NCBI GenBank assembly: GCA_040004775.1
Contig: JBDUAD010000001.1
Coordinates: 27,453 to 91,452, forward strand
Length of the DNA: 64,000 bases
Reading direction: 5' to 3'
Source: a bacterium
GTDB taxonomy: Bacteria > Actinomycetota > Actinomycetes > Mycobacteriales > Jatrophihabitantaceae
Part shown: piece by piece, positions 10,141 to 19,756 of the stretch
Numbering within the stretch: position 1 is the first letter of the stretch
Layout: the number at the start of each line of letters is the position of its first letter
Notes under the pieces: generated by a model
What the model was told of the DNA's origin: nothing
What the model saw: only the letters and a program-made list of their open reading frames with translations
The model's database searches: none
Made by a program: the position numbers and the translations under genes

Positions 10141-11033
10141 CAGCGCGCTCCCGGTCCGGCGGTCAGGTCCAGGCCGATGTCAAGGACCGGCGCGGAGTGG
10201 GTCAAGGCGCCCACGGCCAGGAAGTCGACGCCGGTGTCGGCCACCGCCCGCGCCCGATCCAGCGTCAGCCCACCGGAGGCCTCAGTGCGCACTCCTCGGG
10301 CTCGGGCGTAGGTCACCGCCTCGGTCATCTCCGCCAGAGACATGTTGTCGAGCAGCACCAGCTCCGCGCCGACGTCGACCACCTCGCGGGCCTGGGCCAC
10401 GCTGTCGACCTCGACCTCGATCGGCAGCCCGGGCGCGGCGGCCCGCACCAGGGCGAACGCCGCTGCGGCTCCCCCGGCCGCGGAGATGTGGTTGTCCTTG
10501 ACCAGTGCCGCGTCGGACAGCGACATCCGGTGGTTCACGCCGCCGCCGCAGCGCACCGCGTACTTCTCCAGCGCGCGCAGGCCGGGCATCGTCTTGCGGG
10601 TGTCGCGGATGCGGGCTCGCGTGCCGGCCACCGCGTCCACCCACGCCCGGGTCAGCGTGGCTACGCCGGACAGGTGGCCCAGCAGGTTCAGCGCCGTGCG
10701 CTCGGCGGTGACGATGTCGCGCACAGGGCCACGGACGGTGAGCACCACCTCGCCTGGCTCCACTCGGGCGCCGTCAGCCGACCCGGCGTCCACGCGCAGC
10801 CGGCCGCTACTGACTACCTCGAAGACATAAGCGGCGACCGGCAGGCCGGCGACCACTCCGTGCCCCCGGGGCACGGCGTTGGCGCTGCCGAGCGCGGTCG
10901 CCGCCACGGTGGCGACCGCGGTGACGTCCGGGCCGTCGCCCAGGTCCTCGTCCAGGGCTCCGGCCACGACGTCGGTCACCATGTCGGGATCGAGCCCGGC
11001 CGCGACGACCTCGGCCAACGCGGAGCTGGTCAT
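10140..11033 (-). CDS. nadC: Nicotinate-nucleotide pyrophosphorylase (quinolinate phosphoribosyltransferase)
   Basis: Internal ATG at 11033 of ORF 10140..11744 (MTSSALAEVV...). TAERTALNLL, RKTMPGLRALEKYAVRCGGG, LLDNMS. Start overlaps the nadB stop (ATGA, 11030-11033). Confidence 0.9.
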
Positions 11034-12745
11034 GCCCGGACCGCCGTCGCGCCGGTCGCAGGGCCGGCGGTCAACGCCGGATCGGCCGGTGGAACGGCCA
11101 CGAAGGTCGTCTGCAGGGCACCGTCGGCGCCCAGCATGGTGTCGAGGTGCCCCCGCCAGTGCTCGTCGTCGCGGTCGGCGAAGTCCTCCCGCCAGTGGGA
11201 CCCGCGGGTCTCCTGGCGGCGGGTGGCCGCGGCGACCAGGACGGCGGCCACGGTGACCAGGTTGGTCGCCTCCCAGCCGCCGATGTCGGGCACCGTCGTA
11301 GTGCGCTGACTCAACCCGGCCAGACCCGCCTCGGCGCGCGCCAGGCCGGCCGCGTCCCGCAGCACGCCGACGTCGGCCGACATCAGGGCCTGCAGGTCGG
11401 CGCGCACCGCGTCGTCGACCAGGCCACCTCGACCGTCGGGTGACACCGGAGCCGGCGACGGCGTACCGGCCGCGAGCCGGGCGGTGATGTCGCCGGCGAT
11501 CCGGCGGCCGAAGACCAGCCCCTCGAGCAGTGAGTTCGACGCCAGCCGGTTGGCCCCGTGCACGCCGGTGCAGGCCGCTTCGCCGCAGGCGTAGAGCCGG
11601 GCGATCGCCGAGCGCCCGTGCAGGTCGGTGCGCACGCCCCCCGATGCGTAGTGGCAGGCCGGCACCACGGGAATCAGCTCGTGCACCGGGTCGATGCCGT
11701 GCGACTCCAGGGTGGCGAGGATGGTCGGAAACCGGACCCGCCACTTCTCGGGCCCGAACGCGCGGGCGTCCAGCCAGACGTGCTGGGCGCCGGTCGCCCG
11801 CATGCGCCGCACGATCGCCTTGGCCACCACGTCGCGGGGAGCCAGGTCGGCCAGCTCGTGCTGACCGCGCAGAAACGGGACGCCGGCGTCGTCGAGCAGG
11901 ATCGCGCCCTCGCCCCGGACGGCCTCACTGACCAGTGGCTGCTGACCGTGGGCGCGGTGTCCGAGCCAGAGCACGGTGGGGTGGAACTGGACGAACTCCA
12001 GGTCGCGGACCACCGCACCGGCCCGCAGCGCCGCGGCCACGCCGTCACCCGTGGACACCGACGGGTTGGTGGTCGAAGCGAATACCTGGCCCATGCCGCC
12101 GGTGGCCAGCACCACCGAGCCGGCCCGTACGGCCCCGACGCCGTCCCGCTGGCCCTCGCCCATGACGTGCAGCGTCACGCCGGCCACGCCGCCGTCGGCG
12201 GCCAGCAGCAGGTCGAGCACGATCGCGTGCTCGATGACCTCGACGGTGTCCTGGTCCAGTACCCGGGCGACGAGGGCGCGCTCGATCTCGGCTCCGGTGG
12301 CGTCGCCGCCGGCGTGGGCGATCCGGTCGCGATGGTGACCGCCCTCGCGGGTCAGCGCGAGCTCGCCGCCGGCGGTGCGGTCGAAGCGGGTGCCGAGTTC
12401 GACCAGTTCGCGCACCGCGGCCGGGCCTTCGTCGACCAGGACCCGCACCGCGGCGACGTCGCACACCCCGACGCCGGCGACCAGCGTGTCGGCCAGGTGC
12501 TCGTCAGGGGAGTCGTCACGTCCGAGGGCCGCGGCGATACCGCCCTGGGCCCAGCGGGTGGAGCCGGCGGCCAGGACGTCCTTGGTGACAACCAGCACCC
12601 GGGCCGGCGAGCCGGCGGCGGTGGGAGCACCGGCCAGGCGCAGGGCGGTGGTCAGCCCGGCGATGCCCGAGCCGATCACCACGACGTCGGCCTCGGCCGT
12701 CCAACCGGGAGCAGGGGCGCTGAGGCGCGGCGGCAGGGTCATCAT
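11030..12745 (-). CDS. nadB: L-aspartate oxidase
   Basis: Internal ATG at 12745 of ORF 11030..13342 (MMTLPPRL...). VVVIGSGIAGL, RWAQGGIAA, HYASGGVRTD, GANRLASNSLLE. ATGA overlap with the panC stop. Confidence 0.9.
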   Translation of the reverse strand: MMTLPPRLSAPAPGWTAEADVVVIGSGIAGLTTALRLAGAPTAAGSPARVLVVTKDVLAAGSTRWAQGGIAAALGRDDSPDEHLADTLVAGVGVCDVAAVRVLVDEGPAAVRELVELGTRFDRTAGGELALTREGGHHRDRIAHAGGDATGAEIERALVARVLDQDTVEVIEHAIVLDLLLAADGGVAGVTLHVMGEGQRDGVGAVRAGSVVLATGGMGQVFASTTNPSVSTGDGVAAALRAGAVVRDLEFVQFHPTVLWLGHRAHGQQPLVSEAVRGEGAILLDDAGVPFLRGQHELADLAPRDVVAKAIVRRMRATGAQHVWLDARAFGPEKWRVRFPTILATLESHGIDPVHELIPVVPACHYASGGVRTDLHGRSAIARLYACGEAACTGVHGANRLASNSLLEGLVFGRRIAGDITARLAAGTPSPAPVSPDGRGGLVDDAVRADLQALMSADVGVLRDAAGLARAEAGLAGLSQRTTTVPDIGGWEATNLVTVAAVLVAAATRRQETRGSHWREDFADRDDEHWRGHLDTMLGADGALQTTFVAVPPADPALTAGPATGATAVRA

Positions 12746-13587
12746 GCGGTCAGCTCCACGGCGACATTGTCGATCAGGCGGGTGCGGCCCACGCGCGCGG
12801 CCACCAGGAGCCGAGCCGGACCGGGTCCGGGCTCGCGGCCGAGGTCCGCGCCGCGCAGCTCCAGGTAGTCCACGTCGACGTGCGCGCTGGTCGCCAGCAC
12901 GGCGTTCGCGGTTGCCACCACCTGCTTCCGCGTGGCCCCGGCTACGGCCGCCTGCTGCCCGGCTTGCAGGGCCGCGGCCAGCACCGGCGCGGCCGCGCGT
13001 TCGGCCGGGTCCAGATAGACGTTGCGGCTGGAGCGGGCCAGGCCGTCCGCCTCGCGCACCGTGGGGACCGCCACGACGTCCACCGGCAGGTCCAGGTCGT
13101 TGACCATTGCCCGCACCAGCGTCAGCTGCTGGTAGTCCTTCTCCCCGAAGTACACCCGTCGTGGAGCCAGCAGGGAGAGGAACTTGGCCACGATGAGGAG
13201 GACGCCGGCGAAGTGTGCGGGCCGGGATGCTCCCTCGAGCTCGGCGCCAAGCGGTCCGGGATCGATACCGATCTGCGGCGACGACGGGTATACGTCGGCC
13301 ACCGTCGGCGTCCAGACCAGGTCCACACCGGCCGTGCGGCACCGGCGCAGGTCCTCGGCCAGGGGTCGCGGGTAGCGGGCCAGATCCTCGCTCGGCCCGA
13401 ACTGGGCCGGGTTGACGAACACGGTGGCGACGACCACGTCGGACGCCTTGCGTGCCGCCCGCATCAACGCGTCGTGGCCCTCGTGCAGCGCACCCATGGT
13501 AAGTACGGCGCCGACGTCCGCGTCGGCACCCAGCTCGGCTCGCGCGGCCAGGAACTGCGCCCGTGAACCGACGACGCGGTCAGGCAC
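12742..13587 (-). CDS. panC: Pantoate-beta-alanine ligase
   Basis: TMGALHEGH (HxGH), VFVNPAQFGP. Start set to the GTG at 13587, 2 nt after the upstream gene stop; the longest ORF extends to 13647. Confidence 0.9.
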   Translation of the reverse strand: MPDRVVGSRAQFLAARAELGADADVGAVLTMGALHEGHDALMRAARKASDVVVATVFVNPAQFGPSEDLARYPRPLAEDLRRCRTAGVDLVWTPTVADVYPSSPQIGIDPGPLGAELEGASRPAHFAGVLLIVAKFLSLLAPRRVYFGEKDYQQLTLVRAMVNDLDLPVDVVAVPTVREADGLARSSRNVYLDPAERAAAPVLAAALQAGQQAAVAGATRKQVVATANAVLATSAHVDVDYLELRGADLGREPGPGPARLLVAARVGRTRLIDNVAVELTA

Positions 13588-14479
13588 CGCTCGGTTCCTC
13601 GCCGGCCGGCGCCAGGATCTCGGCCAGCTCCGCGCGCTGGGCCGCACTGATCTGTCCGGCCGCCTCCGCCCGCACGGCGGTGCGCCGAGCCATGGCCAGG
13701 TAGGACTCCACCACCTGCAGGCCGCGCAGCTCCAGCGTGGTCCGGTGCACCCGCACCGTGTCCACGTCCCCGCGCGCGACCGGCCCGGTCAGCGCACCGT
13801 CGGACAGTCGCAGCGCGTTGTCCAGCGCGGCCGATACCAACGGCGAGAGAGCTCTGGCGGGTGCGTCCACGCCGGCCGCGCCGAGCAGATCGACCGCGTC
13901 GCAGATCAGCGTGACCAGGTGGTTGGCCGCGTGGCTCAAGGCCGCGTGGTACAGCGGCCGGGCGGCGTCGGGCACCCACACCGGATCCCCACCCATCTCC
14001 AGCACCAGGGTCTCGGCGACGGCGCGGTAGTCCGGAAGGGCGGTCACACCGAACACCGCACCCCGCAGCCGGTCGAGGTCCTCGGGCCGACCGGTGAAGG
14101 TCATGACCGGATGTAGGGCCAGCGGGAGGACCCCGACCGCCGCGGCGGGGGCCAGTGCGGCCAGCCCGTGCGCCCCCGAGGTGTGGACGATGATCTGGCC
14201 CGCGCGCCAGGTACCGGTGGCCGCCAATCCGGAGACGAGGCCGACCAGGTCGTCGTCGGGCACGGCCACCAACACAAGGTCGGCCATGGCGGCCACCTCG
14301 TCCGCCGGCCGCAGCGGAACTCCGGGCAGGAGCCGTTCGGCCCGTCGGCGCGACGCGAGTGAGACCCCGCTGGCCGCCACCACGGAGTGGCCGGCGCTCT
14401 GTAGCGCCGCGCCGAGGACGGAGCCGACTCGTCCGGCCCCGAGCACGCCGACGGCCAGGCGTGGACCGGCCACGCTCAT
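13580..14479 (-). CDS. Rossmann-fold / DUF2520 protein (Rv3603c-like)
   Basis: ATG at 14479 of ORF 13580..14713: MSVAGPRLAVGVLGAGRVGSVLG (GxGxxG). Conserved position upstream of panC. Confidence 0.8.
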   Translation of the reverse strand: MSVAGPRLAVGVLGAGRVGSVLGAALQSAGHSVVAASGVSLASRRRAERLLPGVPLRPADEVAAMADLVLVAVPDDDLVGLVSGLAATGTWRAGQIIVHTSGAHGLAALAPAAAVGVLPLALHPVMTFTGRPEDLDRLRGAVFGVTALPDYRAVAETLVLEMGGDPVWVPDAARPLYHAALSHAANHLVTLICDAVDLLGAAGVDAPARALSPLVSAALDNALRLSDGALTGPVARGDVDTVRVHRTTLELRGLQVVESYLAMARRTAVRAEAAGQISAAQRAELAEILAPAGEEPSGA

Positions 14480-14739
14480 GTCGAGCCCCCAGGGATAGGT
14501 CGGAGCCGGATCGGCCACGACGTCGGACGGCGGATCCCGGCGGTCGGACGTCCGTGCGGCGGTTCTTACCGGCTGGAGCGCCGACACTACCGAGCGGCTA
14601 CGAGCCTCGGAGCAACGGATCGGCCGGCGACGGCAGGCACCCGGCCGACGTCGCGTGAGATGCTGCGCCGACGTTTTACTGACCCGCCGGCCGATCGTGC
14701 GCCGGTGCCCCACTTCGCGCGACGTCGAGGAGCCCGACC

Positions 14740-15081
14740 GTGACCGAGATCAATCTGCCGCTCGCCCAGCTCGTGGCCGCGGCCACCGACCGGGCCGGCC
14801 TCGGCGCCACGGTTCCGGCACTGTTGCTCGAGCTGCAGGCCGAGCTCGGTGTGCTCGGTGGGCTGGCGGTCGTGGCCACCGACCGCGGCCGACGACCGTT
14901 CCGCGTCGAAGCGGCGTGGGCCGAGGCCTTCGGTCGGCTGGCGCTCGGGGTCTTCGTACTGGCCGATCAGACCGGCCTGGTGGTCGACGAACTGGTGCGG
15001 GCAGCCGTGGCCCGCGCCAACGCCGAGGCTGTGGCCCAGCCGGACTCCACCGAGCACGACTGGCCCTTCAGCGACGGCTGA
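14740..15081 (+). CDS. Hypothetical protein, 113 aa
   Basis: GTG start 7 nt after GAGGAG; strong GC3 bias in frame. No motif recognised. Confidence 0.5.
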   Translation: MTEINLPLAQLVAAATDRAGLGATVPALLLELQAELGVLGGLAVVATDRGRRPFRVEAAWAEAFGRLALGVFVLADQTGLVVDELVRAAVARANAEAVAQPDSTEHDWPFSDG

Positions 15082-15110
15082 GCCGGCCGGCCGGCACATT
15101 CGACCGGACG

Positions 15111-16589
15111 TCAGCTCTGACGGCGCCGGCCCACGTACTCCCCGCCCGAGGGAGCTGGCTGCGGTACGGAGCTGGCCGGCCGGGCCGCCGGATCCGACGA
15201 CGGCGCGGTACGCGGGGGCGGCGGAACCGCGAATGCCGCCGGCGCCGACGAACGCTCGCGAAGAGGCAATTCGGCCGCGCGGTCAGAGACAGACGGCGCC
15301 TCGGCCGACCGGGTCCACGGGTCGGCGACGCGAAAGGCGGACAGCCGGGGCAGCGCGGCGAACGGGTCACGTTGGATGTCGGGCGGGACCGGCGCTGACG
15401 AATCGCCGGCGTCGTAGGAGAAGCGACCGGCCGGCGCCGCGGTCGCCGGCACGGAACTAGGCGCGGACGCCGGCGGCGTCTGCTCGGTCGGCGCGGTGGC
15501 GGAATCAACCGGCCCTGGCCCCACCTCCGGCGGCTGGTACGGCGACGTTTGCGGCGGCCCGGCCGGCGGGTCGGACGCCGCCCCTCGAGCCGTAATCGCG
15601 GACGACGGCGACCAGGTGGTGGACGTCGAGCCGGACGCCCGCACCGGGCTCCCATCGCGCCCGGCCGGTGCAGCCGGGGACTCGGACCCCGCGGCCGGTG
15701 CGGCCGCTGTGACGTTCGCTGGGCCGGCCGCTGTGCCCTTCGCTGGGCCGGCCGCTGTGACGTTCGCTGGGCCGGCCGCTGGGCCGGTCGCTGGGTCGAA
15801 GGATGTGTGAGCGTCGGGGACGACGCCTGTGCTGCCGGCCGATGACGGGGTCCACAGGTCGGTCTCGCGCCGCATACCTGTCGCTTCGGCCGGCTCACCG
15901 CCGCTTCGGTTGCCGCCGCCCTGGTTGCCGCCGCCCTGGTTGCCGCCGCCCTGGTTGCCGCCGCCCTGGTCGCTGGCGCTGGTGATCGCGTTGCCGGCGT
16001 TGATGACGCCGAACTCGCGGCCCGGACGTCCGATCGGCACCGATTCACGCTCGACGTTCAGGCGGCGAATCTCGTTCTGTAGGGCAGCCAGGTCGGACCC
16101 GATGATGCGGGTGGTCTCGATGCGCTCGAGGCGCAGCCGGCCATCGACCGCGTCGAGGACTTCGCCCCGCAGCCCCGCCACATCCGCGCGTAGAGCGGCC
16201 AGTCCTTGGCCCAGGATGCGTTCCATCTCACGGCGCAGCATCGCTTCCAGCTGCAGCTGGTACTCGCGCCGCTGCTCGGCGTCACCGTCGATCTCGACCT
16301 CACCCCGGCGGCGCCGCTCTATGTCGCCACCGGTCTGCGCCACCGTCGCGGCGGTCTCGTCATCCGGCTCGGGGTTCGAGGGCCGCAGCTGCGTCGAACG
16401 GGTTCCGCGCAGGGCGTACGCCCCGATCAGCACGCCCCACAGGGCCACCGGGAAGCCCACCCGATTCAGCACGGCCGAGCTGCTGACGCCGATCCAGTAG
16501 ATGCCCAGGGCGGTCAGCCCGAGGGCCACCAACACGGCGAGGAAGCGCAGCACCGGGCGCCGTCGCCGGGCCGGGGGGTGCCGCGTCAT
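15111..16589 (-). CDS. Pro/Ala-rich membrane protein with coiled-coil and repeat arrays (Rv3604c-like position)
   Basis: ATG at 16589 (MTRHPPARRRRPVLRFLAVLVALGL...): two TM helices, a charged coiled-coil segment, GGNQG x4 and AGPA(N/K)xTA x3 repeats, and a long Pro/Ala/Ser tail. Confidence 0.7.
   Translation of the reverse strand: MTRHPPARRRRPVLRFLAVLVALGLTALGIYWIGVSSSAVLNRVGFPVALWGVLIGAYALRGTRSTQLRPSNPEPDDETAATVAQTGGDIERRRRGEVEIDGDAEQRREYQLQLEAMLRREMERILGQGLAALRADVAGLRGEVLDAVDGRLRLERIETTRIIGSDLAALQNEIRRLNVERESVPIGRPGREFGVINAGNAITSASDQGGGNQGGGNQGGGNQGGGNRSGGEPAEATGMRRETDLWTPSSAGSTGVVPDAHTSFDPATGPAAGPANVTAAGPAKGTAAGPANVTAAAPAAGSESPAAPAGRDGSPVRASGSTSTTWSPSSAITARGAASDPPAGPPQTSPYQPPEVGPGPVDSATAPTEQTPPASAPSSVPATAAPAGRFSYDAGDSSAPVPPDIQRDPFAALPRLSAFRVADPWTRSAEAPSVSDRAAELPLRERSSAPAAFAVPPPPRTAPSSDPAARPASSVPQPAPSGGEYVGRRRQS
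15700..15800. repeat. 24-nt in-frame tandem repeat (about 3.5 units) inside the Rv3604c-like CDS
   Basis: ggccgctgtgacgttcgctgggcc repeated with one variant unit; encodes AGPANVTA/AGPAKGTA. Confidence 0.85.
15910..15972. repeat. 15-nt in-frame tandem repeat (about 4 units) inside the Rv3604c-like CDS
   Basis: ttgccgccgccctgg x4; encodes GGNQG repeats on the minus strand. Confidence 0.9.
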
Positions 16590-16644
16590 GTCGGAGGACT
16601 CTATCGGCGCTGCCCGTTCAAGCCCCGGCGACGCTTGGACAACG

Positions 16645-17085
16645 TCACCGCCGGGACGGGTCGAGCGTGGCCCGTTCGAGGAGCAGCGCCGCGACCAGCA
16701 GGGCCAGCGCCACCAGGACCGCCAGCCCGCCCACCATGGCGTCGTGGCGAGCCGCCTCGACCTCGCCGACATCGGGCAGGACGCGTAGGGCTAGCCCGAC
16801 GACAGCGCCGAGCAGGCCGGCGGCAAGGATGGCCGAGGCTTTGGCCAGGGCGAGGCAACGGGCGATTACCAGCGCAGCCATGGGTCGCGCCCCGGCCTGG
16901 TGGGTCACCGCCGCGCGTACTCGTCGGGCGGCGACGACCTCCCCCACGGCCAGCGCGGCGAACGGCGTGACGACCACGTACTCCAGCGGCGGCATGGAGC
17001 CGTAATAGCGGCGGAGGATGAGATAGACCACGGCCGCGACGACGAGAGCGACGGCCACCAGGTCGCGGACGGAGGTGCGCTGCAT
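16645..17085 (-). CDS. DUF3180 membrane protein (Rv3605c-like)
   Basis: 146 aa with four hydrophobic helices. Conserved position immediately downstream of folK. Confidence 0.75.
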   Translation of the reverse strand: MQRTSVRDLVAVALVVAAVVYLILRRYYGSMPPLEYVVVTPFAALAVGEVVAARRVRAAVTHQAGARPMAALVIARCLALAKASAILAAGLLGAVVGLALRVLPDVGEVEAARHDAMVGGLAVLVALALLVAALLLERATLDPSRR

Positions 17086-17088
17086 CGC

Positions 17089-17646
17089 CTAGCCGTCCGT
17101 CCCGGGCGTGGATACCGGAGTAGCAGCCGACACCGACGCGGGTGGCCCGCCGGTTCGCAGGCAGAGGTCGGCCCGTAAGCGCACGCCGTCCAGCTCGGCC
17201 GGCGGCAGCGCGGCAACCACGGCCGGCACAGGCCCGTGTCCGACCAGAATTGCGGCCGGGTCGACCTCCAGCCAGGGAACCAGCACGAAGGCCCGCTCAG
17301 CGGCGCGAGGATGGGGCAGGGTCAGCTCCGGCCCGGTGCATGATCGACCGTCCACGTCGACGAGATCCACGTCGAGCGTCCGAGGTCCGAAGCGCACGTC
17401 GCGCCGCCGTCCGGCTGCCGCCTCGGCGGCATGGGCCCGGCGCAGCCACTCGTCCGCGTCGGCGGCCGGGTCGTCGACCACGACCGTCGCGTTGAGGTAC
17501 TCGGCCTGCGGCACCGGTCCCCACGGCGCCGTCTCGTAGACGCCGGAGACGGCCCGCAGCCATGGCCGGAACCTATCGACAGCCGACTGCAGGTGGCTCA
17601 GGCGGTTCCCGAGGTTGCTGCCGATGGACAGCACCGCACGGCTCAC
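17089..17646 (-). CDS. folK: 2-amino-4-hydroxy-6-hydroxymethyldihydropteridine pyrophosphokinase
   Basis: GTG at 17646 (VSRAVLSIGSNLGNR...) overlapping the folB stop (GTGA). RTLDVDLV, LPHPRAAERAFVLVPW. Confidence 0.9.
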   Translation of the reverse strand: MSRAVLSIGSNLGNRLSHLQSAVDRFRPWLRAVSGVYETAPWGPVPQAEYLNATVVVDDPAADADEWLRRAHAAEAAAGRRRDVRFGPRTLDVDLVDVDGRSCTGPELTLPHPRAAERAFVLVPWLEVDPAAILVGHGPVPAVVAALPPAELDGVRLRADLCLRTGGPPASVSAATPVSTPGTDG

Positions 17647-18077
17647 GGCTGCACCGGATGGGGCTGCACCGGATCGGGCTGCACCGCTTCCGGCTGCACC
17701 GCAGCGGCTGGCTCGCGGGTGCGGCGAACGGTCACTCCGACGTCGTCGAAGCGCAGGGCGATGGGCGCCTGCGGCTTGTGGACGGTGACCGTTGCCGCCT
17801 CCACCCGGGCGTCGGCCAGGCAGACCGCGACCAGCCGCGCGGCCAGCGTCTCGAGCAGATCGACGGCCGGTCCGGCGACGACCGCGGCCAGTGCCTCGGC
17901 CAGCTCGCCGTAGTGCACCGTGTCGGCCACGTCGTCGGACGCGGCGGCCGGGCGGGCGTCGAGCTCGAGGTCGACGTCCACGATGAAGTCCTGCCCGTCG
18001 CGGCGCTCTTCGGCCAGCACGCCGTGGCGACCGAACACCCGCAGGCCACGCAGGCTGATCACATCGGGACGGCTCAT
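17643..18077 (-). CDS. folB: Dihydroneopterin aldolase
   Basis: ATG at 18077 (MSRPDVISLRGLRVFGRHGVLAEER...) overlapping the folP stop (ATGA). C-terminal AVQPEAVQPDPVQPHPVQP tail. Confidence 0.9.
   Translation of the reverse strand: MSRPDVISLRGLRVFGRHGVLAEERRDGQDFIVDVDLELDARPAAASDDVADTVHYGELAEALAAVVAGPAVDLLETLAARLVAVCLADARVEAATVTVHKPQAPIALRFDDVGVTVRRTREPAAAVQPEAVQPDPVQPHPVQP
17647..17706. repeat. 15-nt tandem repeat x4 forming the folB 3' tail
   Basis: ggctgcaccggatgg / ggctgcaccggatcg / ggctgcaccgcttcc / ggctgcaccgcagcg. Confidence 0.85.
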
Positions 18078-19000
18078 CGCGCGGCGGCCCGGATCGCGTC
18101 CACGGTCCGGATGGCGTCCACCGCGGCCCGCACCCTGTGCGTGCGGACCCCCCAAACCCCGGCGAGGGCGCAGTATGTCGTGATTGCCGTGGTGGCGTCC
18201 TCGCGCTCAGCGACCGGACGGGGCGTGCCGTCGGGACCAGCCAGCAGCCGGCCGAGAAAGGACTTGCGCGACGCCGCCACGAGCACCGGCGGCCCCAAGA
18301 CCAGGAACTCGGCAAGGTGGGCCAACAGCGCCCAGTTGTGCTCGGCCGTCTTGGCGAACCCCAGCCCCGGATCGATCACCAACTGATCGATGTCGACGCC
18401 GGCGGCCAGGGCGGCGTCGACGCGAGCCCCGAGCTCGGCAACGACATCGGCCACCACATCGTCGTAGTAAGCCAGGGACTGCATGTCCTCGCTGTGGCCG
18501 CGCCAGTGCATGAGCACCCACGGGCATCCGGCGTCGCGGATCACGGCGGCCATGTCCGGGTCGGCCATGCCACCGGAGACGTCGTTGACCACGGTCGCCC
18601 CGGCCTCGAGCGCGGCGGCGGCCACGCGGGCCCGGTAGGTGTCTACACTGACCGGCACGCCGGCCCGGGCCAGCTCGGTGATCACCGGAACTACCCGGCG
18701 GACCTCCTCCTCGGCCTCGACCCGCCGCGCGCCGGGGCGGGTGGACTCGCCGCCGACGTCGACCAGGACCGCGCCCTCGTTGCACATTGCCCGTCCATGC
18801 GCCACGGCAGCGCTCACGTCGACGTAGCGACCGCCGTCGCTGAACGAGTCCGGCGTCACGTTCAACACGCCTATCACAACGACCGACCCAGCACTCGGTC
18901 GGCCAGTACTCGGCCGGCTAGTGCTCGGCCGGGCGGCGCTCAGCGGGCCAGTACTCGGTGGGGCGGCACTCGGCCGGGCGGCACGCGGCAGGCTGGTCAC
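18074..19000 (-). CDS. folP: Dihydropteroate synthase
   Basis: GVLNVTPDSFSDGG, VDVGGESTRPG, DPGLGFAKT. Start is ambiguous: the GTG at 19000 includes a repeat-encoded RPSxx extension; an alternative GTG at 18877 gives VIGVLNV... Confidence 0.85.
   Translation of the reverse strand: MTSLPRAARPSAAPPSTGPLSAARPSTSRPSTGRPSAGSVVVIGVLNVTPDSFSDGGRYVDVSAAVAHGRAMCNEGAVLVDVGGESTRPGARRVEAEEEVRRVVPVITELARAGVPVSVDTYRARVAAAALEAGATVVNDVSGGMADPDMAAVIRDAGCPWVLMHWRGHSEDMQSLAYYDDVVADVVAELGARVDAALAAGVDIDQLVIDPGLGFAKTAEHNWALLAHLAEFLVLGPPVLVAASRKSFLGRLLAGPDGTPRPVAEREDATTAITTYCALAGVWGVRTHRVRAAVDAIRTVDAIRAAAR
18888..18992. repeat. Imperfect 15-nt tandem repeat (about 7 units) at the folP 5' end / folE-folP spacer
   Basis: Units resembling ccagtactcggccgg; in frame they read (A)RPS(T/A)x pentapeptides. 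Confidence 0.75.
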
Positions 19001-19044
19001 CCTGGCATCGTGCCCGACCCGCGCGGCGGATCGGCCTGGCACGG

Positions 19045-19731
19045 TCAGCGGCCGAGGATGAGCGACATTGCCTCGGCCCGGGTACGCGGATCGGAGCGCA
19101 TGATGCCACGCACTGCCGAGGTGGTCGTACGGGCGCCCGGTTTGCGGATGCCGCGCATGGCCATGCACAGGTGCTCGGCGTCGACTACGACGATCGTGCC
19201 GCGGGCCTGCAGGCGGGTCTGCACCGCGTCGGCCACCTGAGCGGTCAGCCGCTCCTGGACCTGGGGACGGCGGGCGTAACCGTCGACCAGGCGGGCCAAC
19301 TTGGACAGTCCGGTAATGCGCCCGTCCGGGCCGGGGATGTAGCCGACCGCGGCCGTCCCGTGCCACGGCACCAGGTGGTGCTCGCACGTGGAGTACAGAG
19401 GGATGTCGCGGACGAGGACGAACTCGTCGTGATTCTCCTCGAAGGTCGTCTGCAGCACATCGGCCGGTTCGGTGAAGAGCCCGGCGAACATCTCGGCGTA
19501 GGACTGGGCTACCCGCTTGGGCGTCTCGCGCAGGCCCTCGCGCTCGGGATCCTCTCCGATGGCGATGAGCAATTCCCGCACGGCGGCCTCGGCCCGGTCC
19601 AGGTCTACGCCGCGCGCGGGTTGCAACTCACCGGCTCCAGCCGTGGCGCCGTGGGGGTCGCGCCCGTTCAAGCCGACCGGGGTCGGCGCCCCGTCGGCCT
19701 TTACGGCGGTGGCGCCCAACCCGTTCAGCAT
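19045..19731 (-). CDS. folE: GTP cyclohydrolase I
   Basis: ATG at 19731 of ORF 19045..20448 ([10 protein letters not shown]...). [18 protein letters not shown]. Confidence 0.9.
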   Translation of the reverse strand: MLNGLGATAVKADGAPTPVGLNGRDPHGATAGAGELQPARGVDLDRAEAAVRELLIAIGEDPEREGLRETPKRVAQSYAEMFAGLFTEPADVLQTTFEENHDEFVLVRDIPLYSTCEHHLVPWHGTAAVGYIPGPDGRITGLSKLARLVDGYARRPQVQERLTAQVADAVQTRLQARGTIVVVDAEHLCMAMRGIRKPGARTTTSAVRGIMRSDPRTRAEAMSLILGR

Positions 19732-19756
19732 CGGCGCCCCGGCTGCCGAGTGCTTG

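Noticed and set aside
16371-16385. GGGGTTCGAGGGCC, resembling a tRNA T-arm.
   Set aside because: It lies inside the Rv3604c-like CDS, and no acceptor or anticodon arms could be built around it. No other tRNA-like T-loop (GGTTCGAATCC-type) was seen in the window.
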